Source: Heterodontus francisci (lineage: Eukaryota). From it: a stretch of DNA of 64,000 nucleotides. This document shows, piece after piece, positions 1 to 12,776 of the stretch. The first letter of the stretch is position 1. Every line of letters starts with the position of its first letter. A program made the position numbers and the translations under genes. The notes under the pieces are model-generated. The model was given only the letters and a program-made list of their open reading frames with translations. It had not been told where the DNA came from and searched no databases. The DNA is taken from contig NC_090378.1 in the NCBI RefSeq assembly GCF_036365525.1, positions 123,923,593 to 123,987,592 of the forward strand, written 5' to 3'.

Positions 1-2792
1 CTTGAGACTGCACTGGATGAATGGAGTCTTGGCTGGAGACGGCACTGGATGAACGGAGCCCTGGCTGGAGTTGCACTGGATGAGTGGAGGGCTGGCTGGA
101 GACTGCACTGAATGAATGGAGCCCTGGCTGCAGACGGCACTGGATGAATGGAGCCCTGGCTGAAGACAGCACTGGATGAATGGAGCCCTGGCTGGAGACG
201 GCACTCGATGAATGGAGACCTGGCTGGAGACTGCTCTGGATGAATGGAGCCCTGACTGGAGACTGCACTGGATGAATTGAGCCCTGGCTGGAGACTGCAC
301 TGCATGAATGGAGCCCTGGCTAGATATTGTACTGAATGAATGGAGCCTTGGCTGGAGACGGCACTGGATGAATGGAGCCCTGGCTGGAGACTGCACTGGA
401 TGAATGGAGCCCTGGCTGGAGACTGCACTGGACGAATGGAGCCCTGGCTTGAGACTGCATTGGATGAATGGAGCCCTGACTGGAGACGGCACTGGATGAA
501 CGGAGCCCTGACTGGAGACTGCACTGGATGAATGGAGCCCTGGCTGGAGACTGCACTGGATGAATGGAGCCCTGACTGGAGACTGCACTCGATGAATTGA
601 GCCCTGGCTGGAGACTGCACTGCATGAATGGAGCCCTGGCTAGAGAATGCACTGGATGAATGGAGCCCTGACTTGTGATGGCACTGGATGAATCGAGCCC
701 TGGCTGAAGACTGAACTGGATGAATGGAGCCCGGACTGGAGACGGCACTGGACGAACGGAGCCCTGACTGGAGACTGCACTGGATGAATGGTGCCCTGGC
801 TGGAGACTGCACTGGATGAATGGAGCCTTGACCGGAGATTGCACTGGATGAATGGAGACCTGGCTGGAGACTGAACTGGATGAATGGAGCCGTGACTGGA
901 GATGGCACTGGATGAACTGAGCCCTGACTGGAGACTGCACTGGATGAATGGAGCCCTGGCTGAAGACTTCACTGGATGAATGGAGCCATTGCTGGAAACG
1001 GCACTGGATGAACGGAGCCCTGACTGGAGACTGCACTGGATGAATGGAGCCATGGCTAGAGACTGCACTGGATGAATGGAGCCTTGACCGGAGACTGCAC
1101 TGGATGAATGGAGCCCTGGCTGAAGACAGAACTGGATGAATGGAGCCCTGACTGGAGACGGCACTGGATGAACGGAGCCCTGACTGGAGACTGCACTGGA
1201 TGAATGGACCCCTGGCTGGAGACGGCACTGGATGAACGGAGCCCTGACTGGAGATTGCACTGGATGAATGGAGCCCTGACTGGAGACTGCACTGGATGAA
1301 TGGAGCCCTGGCTGGAGACGGCACTGAATGAACGGAGCCCTGACTGGAGACTGCACTGGATGAATTGAGCCCTGGCTGGAGACTGCACTGCATGAATGGA
1401 GCCCTGGCTAGAGACTGCACTGGATGAATGGAGCCTTGACCGGAGACTGCACTGGATGAATGGAGCCCTGGCTGAAGACAGAACTGGATGAATGGAGCCC
1501 TGACTGGAGATGGCACTGGATGAACGGAGCCCTGACTGGAGACTGCACTGGATGAATGGACCCCTGGCTGGAGACGGCACTGGATGAACGGAGCCCTGAC
1601 TGGAGATTGCACTGGATGAATGGAGCCCTGACTGGAGACTGCACTGGATGAATGGAGCCCTGGCTGGAGACGGCAGTGAATGAACGGAGCCCTGACTGGA
1701 GACTGCACTGGATGAATTGAGCCCCGGCTGGAGACTGCACTGGATGAATTGTGCTCTGGCTGCAGACTGAACTGGATGAATGGAGCCCTGGCTGGAGACT
1801 GCACTGGATGAATGGAGCCCTCGCTGAAGACTGAACTGGATGAATGGAGCCCTGACTGGAGACGGCACTGGATGAATGGACCCCTGGCTGGAGACGCCAC
1901 TGGATGAACGGAGCCCTGACTGGAGATTGCACTGGATGAATGGAGCCCTGACTGGAGACTGCACTGGATGAATGGAGCCCTGGCTGGAGACGGCACTGAA
2001 TGAACGGAGCCCTGACTGGAGACTGCACTGGATGAATTGAGCCCCGGCTGGAGACTGCACTGGATGAATTGTGCTCTGGATGCAGACTGCACTGGATGAA
2101 TGGAGCCCTGGCTGGAGACTGCACTGGATGAATGGAGCCCCGGATGGAGACTGCACTGGATGAATTGAGCCCAGGCTGAAGACTGAACTGGATGAATGGA
2201 GCCCTGGCTGGAGACTGCACTGGATGAATGGCGGGCTGGCTGGAGACTGCACTTGATGAATGGAGCCCTGGCTGCAGACTGCACTGGATGAATGGAGCCC
2301 TGGCTGAAGACTGAACTGGATGAATGAGGGCTGGCTGGAGACTGCACTGGATGAATGGAGCCCTGGCTGCAGACTGCACTGGATGAATGGAGCCCTGGCT
2401 GAAGACTGAACTGGAAGAATGGAGCCCTGGCTGGAGACTGCACTGGATGAATGGAGCCCTGGCTGGAGACTGCACTGGATGAATGGAGCCCTGGCTGGAG
2501 ACGGCACTGGATGAACGGAGCCCTGACTGGAGACTGCACTGGATGAATGGAGCCCTGACTGGAGACTGCACTGGATGAATGGAGCCCTGGCTGGAGACGG
2601 CACTGGATGAATGGAGCCCTGACTGGAGACTGCACTGGATGAATGGAGCCCCGGCTGGAGACTGCACTGGATGAATTGTGCTCTGGCTGGAGACTGCACT
2701 GGATGAATGGAGCCCTGGCTGGAGACTGCACTGGATGAATGGAGCCCCGGCTGGAGACTGCACTGGATGAATTGCGCTCTGTCTGGAGACTG
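1..2792. repeat. 32-bp minisatellite (~87 copies, runs off the window start)
   Basis: Unit GGAGCCCTGGCTGGAGACTGCACTGGATGAAT; GCACTGG recurs at 361 and 393. It accounts for the repetitive SSSAVSSQGSIHPVQ ORFs. Confidence 0.97.
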
Positions 2793-2929
2793 ATGAGTAT
2801 AGACGTTACTGCAAACACTGAGCCATGGCTGATACTTTACATGCAGCAAGGGTTCGAGTGAAATTCCACCATTGTCTTAGAAATTGGGCAGGAACTGGCG
2901 CACTCCGGATCTATAGACTCCTGTCTTCA

Positions 2930-3360
2930 ATGACTGAGCATCCACTGCTCTCTGGGAAACAGAATTCCAAAGATTCACAGCCCCTTGAGTGAAGAACTTT
3001 CTCCTGATCTCAATCCGAAATGGCCGACCCCTTATTCTGAGACTGTGACCCCTAGTTCTAGATTCCCCAGCCAGGGGAAAACATCCTCCCAGTATCTACC
3101 CTGTCAATCACATTAAAAATTGTATATCTTTCAATCAGATCACCTCTCATTCTTCTACATTTCAGGGAATAATATCCCAGTCTACTCAATCTCTCCTCAT
3201 AGGACAATCCCCTCATCCCAGGAATCAGTCTGGTGAATCTTTGCTGCTCTCCTTCCAAGGCCAGAATATCCTTCCTTTGGTAAAGAGACCAAAACTGTCC
3301 ACAGTTCACCAGGTGTGGTCTCAGAAAGGTCCGATCCAACTGCAATAAGACTTCTTCACA
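2930..3360 (-). mobile_element. CR1-clade LINE 3' fragment (C-terminal ORF2)
   Basis: Peptide LRPHLVNCGQFWS..KDILALEGEQQRFTRLIPGMRGLSYEERLSRLG..RRMRGDLIE matches the CR1 ORF2 C-terminal motif. Boundaries approximate. Confidence 0.85.
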
Positions 3361-4127
3361 CTTCCATGTACAGGAGCTGACACAGAGTCTCTGTCTCTCT
3401 CTCTCCATCTCACTCCCTCTCACTCCCTCCCTCTCTCTCTCCATCTCACTCTCTTTCTCTCTCTCCATCTCACTCCTTCTCTTTCTCTCTCAATCTCTAT
3501 CCTGTCTTCTACCTCTGAAGGTGTTCTATGGGTGTGAGTGTTTAATATAAGGTGGTGTTTGTCAGTATATTTTCTCTACGGTATGGTTTATGAACATGGT
3601 GAGAGGGGATTAGGGGTCTGTTCTTTGATGTGAGGCAGTGATGTCTGTCCCAGTGACTCAGACTGTGATGCTGTTGTTTTCTGTGACTGACACTATGATA
3701 TCGATTGTAATTTCACTCAGTGTGACAGGAGGTTACATGGCTTGATCAGTGGTGAGGGCGGAGCAGACTGAACAAGGAGCTGTAATCATCAGTCACTGCC
3801 GAACACCTTCACACACACCGCACAGTCCGGAAACTTCTTCACTAAATATTCTTTCAGCTCCTTAATTATAGCCCTGGACCTGAAAAGGGAAAAAGAGAAA
3901 GACATCTTTTAGAGAGGGTCCTGGACACAATGTAGACTGTGCATTACCCACTAATGACACTACGTCCACATTTAACTCATTGTTTAAACTCCAGCACACC
4001 TCCTGTTCAAATCCACATGTTTCAGCCAAAAAGCAGTATAATTCTACAGCACAGGAGGAGGCCGTTCAGCCCCTCGTCTTTCTTCCATCTGTTTGCTCGA
4101 GTAATTCACGACTAACATCTCAGTTTA

Positions 4128-4446
4128 ATATCTGTTGTGGGGAAGTTATTTGAATCTGTTATTAGGGACAGAATGACTGACAAATATAAACTGATCAGAG
4201 AGAGTCAGCACGGATTTAAAAAGGGTGAAACATGTTTAACTAATCGAGTTGTATTTTTTGAAGAGGTCACTAATGTGGTAGATAAGGGAATGTCTATGGA
4301 TGTTATTTATATGGATTTCCAGAAGGCATTTGAGAAGGTTCCACACAAGAGACTGTTCGCAAAATCGAAGCATATGGAATGTGAGGAAACCTTTTGACAT
4401 GGGTAAGGAATTGGTTAGGAGGTAGGAGACAGAGAGTAGGGATAAT
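4128..4446 (+). mobile_element. CR1 LINE reverse-transcriptase fragment
   Basis: GKLFESVIRD..SQHGFKKGETCLTN..VDKGMSMDVIYMDFQKAFEKVPHKRL is the CR1 RT N-terminal motif set; frameshifted. Confidence 0.85.
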
Positions 4447-4539
4447 GTGAGGCAAGATGAGGCAACATCGAGGTTTTGCTGGAACAGGAGCCAATGTCGG
4501 TCAGTGATCACAGTGATGGGGGAATGTGACATGGTCTGG

Positions 4540-4877
4540 GTTCAGACATGGGCAGCAGAGTTTTGGATCAGCTCTAGTTTACAGAGGATGGTAACTGTGA
4601 TGCGGTCAGGAGAACATTGGAATAGTCAAGTCTAGAGGTAACAAAGGCATGGATGAGTGTTTCAGCAGTAGATGAGCTGAGGCAGGGAGGACTCGGGCGA
4701 GGTTACGGAGGTGGAAATAGGTGGTTTTAATGATGATGTGGTTTATGTGGTCAGTAACACATCTCAGGGTCAAATACAACACCATGGCTGTGAACTACCT
4801 GGTTCAGTCTCAGACAGTCCCTGGGAGAGGGATGGAATCAGTGGCTCGGGAATGGAGTTTGTGACGGGGACCGAAGA
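4540..4877 (-). mobile_element. L2-like LINE fragment between two CR1 pieces
   Basis: Reverse complement of 4610-4680 reads AETLIHAFVTSRLDYSN, an L2-type C-terminal motif. Confidence 0.65.
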
Positions 4878-5690
4878 CAATGGCAGATGGAGTTCAATGT
4901 GGACAGTGTGAGGTCATCCAGTTTGGACCTGAGAAAGATAAATCAAAGTAATTTCTAAATGGTGAGAAGCTGGGAACTGTGGAGGAACAGAGAGATTTAG
5001 GGGTCCAAGTACAGAAAGCATTAAAATCTAGTGACAGGTATAAAATATATTGAATAAGGCTAATGGAATGTTAGTCTTTCTATCAAGGGGACTGGAATAC
5101 AAAGGGGTTTTACTCCAGTTGTATAAAGCTCTGGTTTAACTGCATCTGGAGTAACTGTGTTCAGTTCTGGGCCCCACACCTCAGGAAGGAGAGATTGGCC
5201 TTGGAGGGGGTGCAGCACAGATTCACCAGAATGATACCGGGACTGAAAGGGTTAAATTATCAGGACAGACTGTATAGACTAGGCTTGTATTCCCTTGAGT
5301 TTAGAGAATTTAGGGATGATCTCAATGAGGTATTTAAGATGAATAAAGGATTAAGATGATTCAGAGAGATGGAGAGAAACTGTTTCCTCTGGTGAGGGAG
5401 TCGAGAACAAGGGGACATAATCTTAATATTAGAGCTCGGGGTGATGTCAGGAGGCATTTCTTCACATGAAGGCGAGTGGAAATCGGGAACTCTCTCCCTC
5501 ATAAAGCTGTTGAGGCTGAAGATCAATTTAAACATTTAACAATGAGCTTGATAGATTTTGTTGGGTCGGAGTATTGTGGGTTATGCAACCAAGGCAGGGA
5601 GATGGAGATCAGAGACAGATCAGATGATCAAACTGGAGGATAGAACAGGCTCGATGGGCTGAACAGCCTCCTCCTGTTCCTATATTCCCA
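4878..5690 (+). mobile_element. CR1 LINE 3' portion, probably continuing the 4128-4446 copy
   Basis: WQMEFNV..CEVI, VQFWAPHLRK, RFTRMIPGLKGL motifs, ending in a CR1-type 3' tail (gggctgaacagcctcctcctgttcctat). Confidence 0.8.
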
Positions 5691-6184
5691 ATCCCACTAC
5701 CCTGCTCTATCCCCACAGTCCTGTATTCTCCTCAGATTCACATGTTTATTGAATACAATTTGAATAAAAACCTGAAGTTTAATCCCCGAGAGGCTGCTGA
5801 ATGTGTAGTGAATTCTCGGTTTTGATTTCAGATTTCTACTATCTGTAGTTTTTAGTTTCCAAACGCTGTTGATTGTTTTAATTCAAGGGTTTATCGATCT
5901 GCATTTCCACTTTCAAGGAATGATGTAATTGAACCCGAGATCTCTCTGCTTCTACACATCCTTCATCAGCTTTTCACTCCTTTTCCTTCCAAAACCCATC
6001 ATCTCAAACCCCTCGACATTGAATTGTGTCAGTCTCCGATCTGTCCCTTCCCTGATCCATCTCCCCGAGTCTTTGTCTGGTCTCCTCCCTGTTTGTCAAA
6101 CCTCTCCTTCTGTGTAATCAGCGCATTCCAATGATCGTGCTCCCTCTGTCCAAGACCAAATCATCGATATATATCAGCAACAAG

Positions 6185-6830
6185 TCACCTCTTTAATGTA
6201 GAGAAACATCGCACGCCACCTCACATGACATCAGGAAAACAGACACAAGTAATACAGAGAGATTAGGAGGGGTGACCAAATGCTTGGTTAAAGATGTGGG
6301 TTTTAAGGAGGGTGAAGTGTTTCAAGGAGACCAAGGTTAAAGGAGGTTCGAGATACGGGGGTGGGTCAAGACTACGGAGGGATTTCAATCCAGAGAGTAG
6401 AATTTTACATTGAAATTTGAGGGTGTTTGGGGATGGAAGCCCAATGTAGGTCAGCATGGACGGGGGTGATGGTGAACAGGACTTGGTTTGGAACAGGATA
6501 TAGAGAGCAGAGCTTCGGATGAGCTGAAGAATACAGAGAGTGGAGGATGGCAGTCTGGTCAGGAGAACACTGGAATAGTAAAGTTAGAGGTGACAAAGAC
6601 ATGAAGAAGAGTTTCAGTAGTGGAAGGAGTGAGGGAGGGGCAGAGATGGGCAATGTTACAGAGGGGGAAGTGGATAATCATTGAGATGTGGAGGATTTGG
6701 GGTCAGATCAGGGTCAAAGATGAGGCTAAGGATGTAAAGAGTCTGGTTCGGCAGCAGACAGTGCTCAGGGAGAGGGATGGAGTTTGTACCAGGAACTGAA
6801 GACAATGGCTTTGATCTTCCCAATGTGTTC
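6185..6830 (-). mobile_element. L2-like LINE 3' fragment
   Basis: Minus-strand peptides TITPVHADLHW and LLKTHIFNQAF resemble L2 ORF2 C-terminal motifs. Confidence 0.7.
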
Positions 6831-8927
6831 CCCAGTGAGACTGGGTCCTCAGTGCTGACTGGTCTTAGCTGCTGTTATTTTCACTGATTGGACGGTTATT
6901 ATTAGAGACTCCGACCACAGCAGAAATCCCCAATGTAAAAAATAACTGCAAAGACTGTCAGATCGGAAGATTGAAACTTAACTAACAGAGGAAGTGAAAG
7001 AAGGAGCTCGGAGCAGCTGGACGTTTGTTAATGACACGGGAGAAAACTGTGAACCGCACACACTACCTAGAATCTTACAGCACAGAAGGAGGCCATTCAG
7101 CCCATCGTGCCTGTGAGCTACCCAATTACTCCCACTGCCCCTCTCCAGCCCCATAACCCAGCAAATCTTTCCTTTTCAGGTCTATCTCCAATTCCCTCTT
7201 GTAGACCTGGGCCCACAGCACGAGACTGTCCCTAACCCGGACTCGAAATTGGCATCGCATTCATTCATTGGAAGACAAAATGCCTGGTGTGGGAAATGGA
7301 GCTCAGGACTCGGAACATTCCCTCTCCCCTCCTGAGGGACACTTCATGCTGGGGTAACAGTTCCATGGGCCCCGACAGCACATTCCTACCTCACCCACTT
7401 CCCCATTCTGTGGGTGAACAATATGGTGGTCACACATGTGGTCCCCGTGCCGCCATGCTACCACGATCGACCGCACGGCGGCCCAACATAAAACGATGGT
7501 CGTGCTGCCCCCTCAATCACGTGGAGGGTGGGTGCTCTGCCACGCTGGCAACAGCATCAGCTGCCTTTACACAGGTGCTGGTGCCATTTTGAAAGGACAG
7601 CCAGTCCTGCTGCTACATTTACATTTTTAATGGCCTAACCCCTCCCCACCCAATGAACTGCAAAATAAACTCTCGCCCCTTCCCCCCAATAACAATTAAA
7701 TGTAATGGTTGTCCTCCTCTCCCCCAACAAAACACTTACCTGCAAGACTTGACCTTCCCCCCAAACTGATCAAAGTTCAGAGGTCACCCCTTCCCACCCT
7801 CCCCTACACTATTAATGCTGATTGGACCCTGAACCCCCTCTCACTGCACTAAAGATCCTAAGTCTCCCCCCATCCCCACCTCGGTGGTGCTAGCTTTCCC
7901 TGGACGGGGAAGTGAAGGTGTGAGTGCCGGCCGCCGCTCGGAAGATCGCGGGCAGCCGGGAAGATTGCTGTTGATTTTATTTAAATTTATTCATTTACTT
8001 AATTTAAATATGTAAAGTCGGATCCCGTCACCCAGCAGCGGAGGGACCGCCCCAGAGCCACGTCACCACCAGGAAGATCGGGTCCGACACTCCTGGCGTT
8101 GGACTCCGTGTCCGGCCGCTGTCAGAATGATCTTCCGGCCCCCCCGCCACCATCCCCCGCCACGGATCCCGACATCGGGACCTCAACAAAATCCCAGCCT
8201 ACATGTGTAAACCTGGACCCTGTTAGCAGGATATTTGACTGCAGGGGCCATCACAACTGTGTCCAATTCTGTCCCCACCTGAAATCCACACACAACTTGC
8301 ATTTATATAGCACCTTTAAAGTACAAAACATCACAAGATGCTTCACAGAGCCACAGTAAGAGGAACGGGGTAGGGGGTGAGGAGTCTTTCGGAAGAGTGC
8401 TCAAAGTCTTGGGTGAAAGGATGGAGTTTGATGGAGCAGAGAGAGACCTGGAGAGGGGGAGGGATTAATGGCGGGAGTTCAGAGAGCAGGGGCGAGGCAT
8501 CTGAAGGCTCTGCTGTCAATGATGGGATGAAGGAAGCAGCGATGGGCAGGAGAGGCGAGTTAGAAGATGGAAGAGTGAGGGAGGGAATGTGAGTCTGCAG
8601 CAGGAGGCAGAGGGTAGGGAGGAGGGAAACAGAGGTCAGTGAGGTCAGGGTAGTAGGTCAGTGAGGTCAGGGGTCGTGTTGGAACGGCACTTGGTGTCAG
8701 ACAGTGTACTGACCACTGCATTTCAAACAAGTCGGGGTTTTTGGAGAGTGGATGAAGGAAGCCGGCAGCGGACATGGGAATAATCAAGTTTGGAGACAAG
8801 ATGAGCAGGGATAAGGGTTTGTGTGGTCAAGGGGCTGATGGAGTGTAGAGACAGGCAATGTTGTGGGGATAGAAATAAGAGGCTCACATGATGGAGAGGA
8901 TGTGGGGTTTGAAGCTCAACTACTTTA

Positions 8928-9720
8928 GGCCCAGTGGGAAGGAGGCCATTGTTTACTGGTCCCGACTGGAGGGCCAGTGGGAAGGAGGCCCATATTTACT
9001 GATCCCTACTGGAGGCCCAGTGGGTTGGAAGCCCATGTTTGCTGGTCCCTATTGGATGCCCAGTGGGATGGAAGCCCATGTTTACTGGTCCCTATTTGAG
9101 GGTCCAGTGGGAAGGAGGCCCATGTTTACTGGTCCCTATTGAAGGGTCCAGTGGGAAGGAGGCCCATGTTTATTGGTCCCGATTGGAGGGTCCAGTGGGA
9201 AGGAGGCCCATGTTTGCTGGTCCCTATTGGATGCCCAGTGGGAAGGAGGCCCATGTTTACTGGTCCCTATTGGAGGGTCCAGTGGGAAGGAGGCCCATGT
9301 TTACTGGTCCCTATTGGAGGGTCCAGTGGGAAGGAGGCCCATGTTTACTGGTCCCTATTGGAGGCCCAGTGGGAAGGAGGTCCATGTTTGCTGGTCCCTA
9401 TTGGAGGCCCAGTGGGAAGGAGGCCCATGTTTACTGGTCCCTATTGGATGCCCAGCAGAAAGGAGGCCCATGTTTACTGGTCCCTATTTGAGGGTGCAGT
9501 GGGAAGGAGGCCCATGTTTACTGGTCCCTATTGAAGGGTCCAGTGGGAAGGAGGCCCATGTTTATTGGTCCCGATTGGAGGGTCCAGTGGGAAGAAGGCC
9601 CATGTTTATCGTTCCCTATTGGAGGTCCAGTGAGAAGGAGGCCCATGTTTATCGTTCCCTATTGGAGGTCCAGTGAGAAGGAGGCCCATGTTTACTGGTC
9701 CCTATTGGAGGTCCAGTGGA
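8928..9720. repeat. 43-44-bp minisatellite (~18 copies)
   Basis: Unit CCAGTGGGAAGGAGGCCCATGTTTACTGGTCCCTATTGGAGGGT. Confidence 0.95.
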
Positions 9721-11306
9721 ACATGGTCACCATGGTTGATGTGAAGCAAAGCTCCTTTATGTTGTAAATGTGTGATTGTCGACCCCTCATCCCAGTAAAA
9801 CTCCATGACCCGGAGCCTGACCATGGAAGGGGATGGAGACGGGAAGGGATTAGAACATGTTATGAGCTTACAGGATGGGGCAGTGGGTCAGACCCTGTCC
9901 TGTCCCTCCAGCTCACACTGATGGGGTGAGGATCTCCTCTCTCTGCTGGGCCTTCACGAAATGAGCTTTCTGTCCAAACCAGTCCCATTGAGAATAGGCC
10001 AACAGCACAGAACTGTCCTAAATTTAACAATAATCTGCCAGTCTTACTGAGAGAGGCCAAAGCATGGTCACTGTGGGGAATGGGGTCTTACTCCAGGAGA
10101 AGGCATGTTTCTGGTGTCAAGAATTAACATCCATTGGTGGGGCAGAACAGAGGGAGTTTTACCCTTCATTTAACTGCTCCACCTGGGAGACTGTGGGAAA
10201 GAGAGAGCGAGGTGGAGGCTGTGAGACAGAGTGAGAGAAAGAGAGAGGGGGAGGCATTTAACTGCTGCACCAGGTCTCAAAGTGTTCCAGTCTCCAGTAA
10301 TAACTCCTGTTATAGAGATCAGTTACAGAATTACAGAACAATGGAGGGTGGGAGAGAGAGATGAGTAGGCAGAGGAACAAAGACAGAGAGATAGAGACAG
10401 GGAAAGAGGGAGAGAGAAACGCAGTGGGAGAGAGAGACCAGAAATGAGGGAGAATGAGAAAGAGACAGAGCGACAGGGAGAAGAGCAAAACAGGGAGAGC
10501 GAGATGAGAAGAATGTGAAAGACAGATATGCAATGAGAGAGAGGAGGGTGAAAGTATAACTGAGAGAGATACAGAGAGGTGGACGAACAGGGTGATAGAA
10601 ATCCAAGGATGAATTTTATGAGTGTTGTCGGGATGGAGACTGTGCAGATGTGTCGTCCCGGAGCCCCCGCGATGTTACACATAGGGGCTCATTTAAATAA
10701 AGGTGTATTATTGTAAAACTTTATTAAATAAAAATCTTTGTGATGGAAGCCCTTCCCCAACTCCCCAATGGTCATTTTATTGCCCGAAATGATCAACAAC
10801 TGGCTTTTTCAAATACCTGAACTTTCACCCCAACCTTCAATCTTTTACCCTTCAACCTCTTCCCACCATCCCCACATCCAATCAAAATTGTTTCCCCGCT
10901 CCCCCGCTCCCCCACCCCTCCCACCCTGAAAGTTTTATTCCTCCCCGCTCTCCACCAGGTTCCAGCCTCGGAATTCCGTACGGAGTTCCGAAGGTGCGCG
11001 AGGTATGAACGGTGGTGGTAAAATCGGTGTGGGACAGCCGCACCTGCAGGTAAGTTTATTTACATATCATTAAGGTTCATTTTAATATGGAGATGAAGGT
11101 CCCGCCACCAGTGGCAGTGGGCGGTGGCACCAATGTCCCCTCGCCACTGGTAATATGCAGCGAGCCCTTCTCCACAACATGGGGGGTCGAGGCGGGCGAC
11201 TCCCCACATAATTTTACCTGCCCCAGCGCTGTGACCCGCGAGTGGAGGGGCTGGTAAAATTCAGCCCAGAGGCTCGAAAACTGAGACAGAGAGAGGGAGA
11301 GGGAGA

Positions 11307-11535
11307 NNNNNNNNNNNNNNNNNNNNNNNNNNNNNNNNNNNNNNNNNNNNNNNNNNNNNNNNNNNNNNNNNNNNNNNNNNNNNNNNNNNNNNNNNNNNNN
11401 NNNNNNNNNNNNNNNNNNNNNNNNNNNNNNNNNNNNNNNNNNNNNNNNNNNNNNNNNNNNNNNNNNNNNNNNNNNNNNNNNNNNNNNNNNNNNNNNNNNN
11501 NNNNNNNNNNNNNNNNNNNNNNNNNNNNNNNNNNN
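11307..11535. other. Assembly gap (N run)
   Basis: Run of n bases. Confidence 1.
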
Positions 11536-11959
11536 TGGATTCTATGAGCTCGTCAGCGAGTTCAGAAAATGACAGAAAATTCCCACCATCCCCTACATCC
11601 TGCTGTTTATTTGACCCTGTTTCCCCCCCAACTCCTGCACTGAGAAACTGACCTGCTCCCACCTCCCCACCAGTGTGGTGCCTTGTTTCCCCAGACAGGG
11701 TTCTGAAGGTGCGACACTGTGACGGACCCTCAAGATCACGGGTGAGTAGATTTAAATTCATTAATATTATTGATTTAAGTATTTAAATTGTGGTCCTGTC
11801 GCCCAGCGGCCGGGTGGTCGGCACAGAGCCTCCCCGTCACCGGGAGGATCGGGAGTGGCTCTGCCGGCGTCAAGGTCCGTGGTGGCCTCATCCGGAGCCA
11901 ACTTCAGGATCTCCCACCAGGGATCACAATGTCGAGGGAGCCTTAAGATCCAGGCCAGT

Positions 11960-12395
11960 GAGACAGAGTAACAGAGAGAGAGAGGCAGAAAGAGAGGATG
12001 ACAAAGAAAGAGCACAAAAGAGCAAAACAGAGACAAGGATAGACAGAAGGGGAGAGAAAGAGAGTGAGTGAGGGAGAGGGATAGTGAGAGAGGGAGACAG
12101 AGGAGGAGGAAGAGAGGGAGGAGAGGGAGAGTGAGGAAGAGAGGGAGGAGAGGGAGAGTGAGGAAGAGGAAGAGAGGGAGACAGAGGAAGAGGAAGAGAG
12201 GGAGGAGAGGGAGAGTGAGGAAGAGAGGGAGGAGAGGGAGAGTGAGGAAGAGGAAGAGAGGGAGACAGAGGAAGTGGAAGAGAAGGAGGAGAGGGAGAGT
12301 GAGGAAGAGGAAGAGAGGGAGACAGAGGAAGAGGAAAAGAGGGAGGAGAGGTAGAGTGAGAGAGGGTGGAAGAGGGAGAGAGAAGAGGAAGTGAG
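11960..12395 (+). repeat. Polypurine (GA-rich) low-complexity tract abutting the V promoter
   Basis: Almost only G/A on the + strand, with GAGGAAGAGAGGGAGGAGAGGGAGAGT-like repeats. Confidence 0.9.
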
Positions 12396-12481
12396 AGTTG
12401 CTGACGTGCCTTTCTCTGGGTGATACCATTTACATACTGAGAAACAGGCAGTCAGACTCTCACAGGCTGCAGCTTTATAAA
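12385..12481 (+). promoter_or_regulatory. Ig V-gene promoter (PU-box, CRE-like, variant octamer, TATA)
   Basis: GAGGAAGTG 12385-12393; TGACGTG 12402-12408; ATTTACAT 12428-12435 (one mismatch to ATTTGCAT); TATAAA 12476-12481, about 60 bp before the leader ATG. Confidence 0.7.
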
Positions 12482-12541
12482 GCAGAGCCCAGTGAAGGGA
12501 GAGTTTATCAGTAACCAGGCACAGAGACAGGAGCAGGCACC

Positions 12542-12590
12542 ATGATTTCACCCATCCAGCTGATCTGGCCTCTGGCATTCTGCGTCGCAG
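12542..12590 (+). CDS. IGKV: Ig kappa-type light chain leader exon (L-PART1) MISPIQLIWPLAFCVA(G)
   Basis: ATG at 12542, hydrophobic signal peptide, phase-1 GT donor at 12591. The 186-bp intron ends in a pyrimidine tract plus CAG at 12776 and splices in frame to the V exon. Confidence 0.92.
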
Positions 12591-12776
12591 GTACAAATCT
12601 CTCTCCTTCCACGGTTAATATTTTCCTGCTGTTTGTTTCAGTCCAATTCTACTGACTTGTGATTGGAGGGAAAATGCTGAAACAAGAGGAACGGTCACTG
12701 TCTCTAATAATATCTCATTTTACAGGGTCTTTCTGTGACAGTTCTTACTTCACTCTGTTTCTCTATTACCCCTCAG

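Noticed and set aside
320-2849. Long Ser/Gln-rich ORFs (up to 832 aa)
   Set aside because: Translations of the 32-bp minisatellite; the same peptide appears in all three minus frames.
7190-8200. GC-rich segments (also 10640-11270, 11540-11960, 40100-40860) as CpG-island promoters or exons
   Set aside because: No credible ORF or splice structure; they look like dispersed non-autonomous repeats, but I could not define termini, so they are left unannotated.
12068-12394. Arg/Lys-rich protamine-like ORF
   Set aside because: Translation of the GA-rich low-complexity tract.
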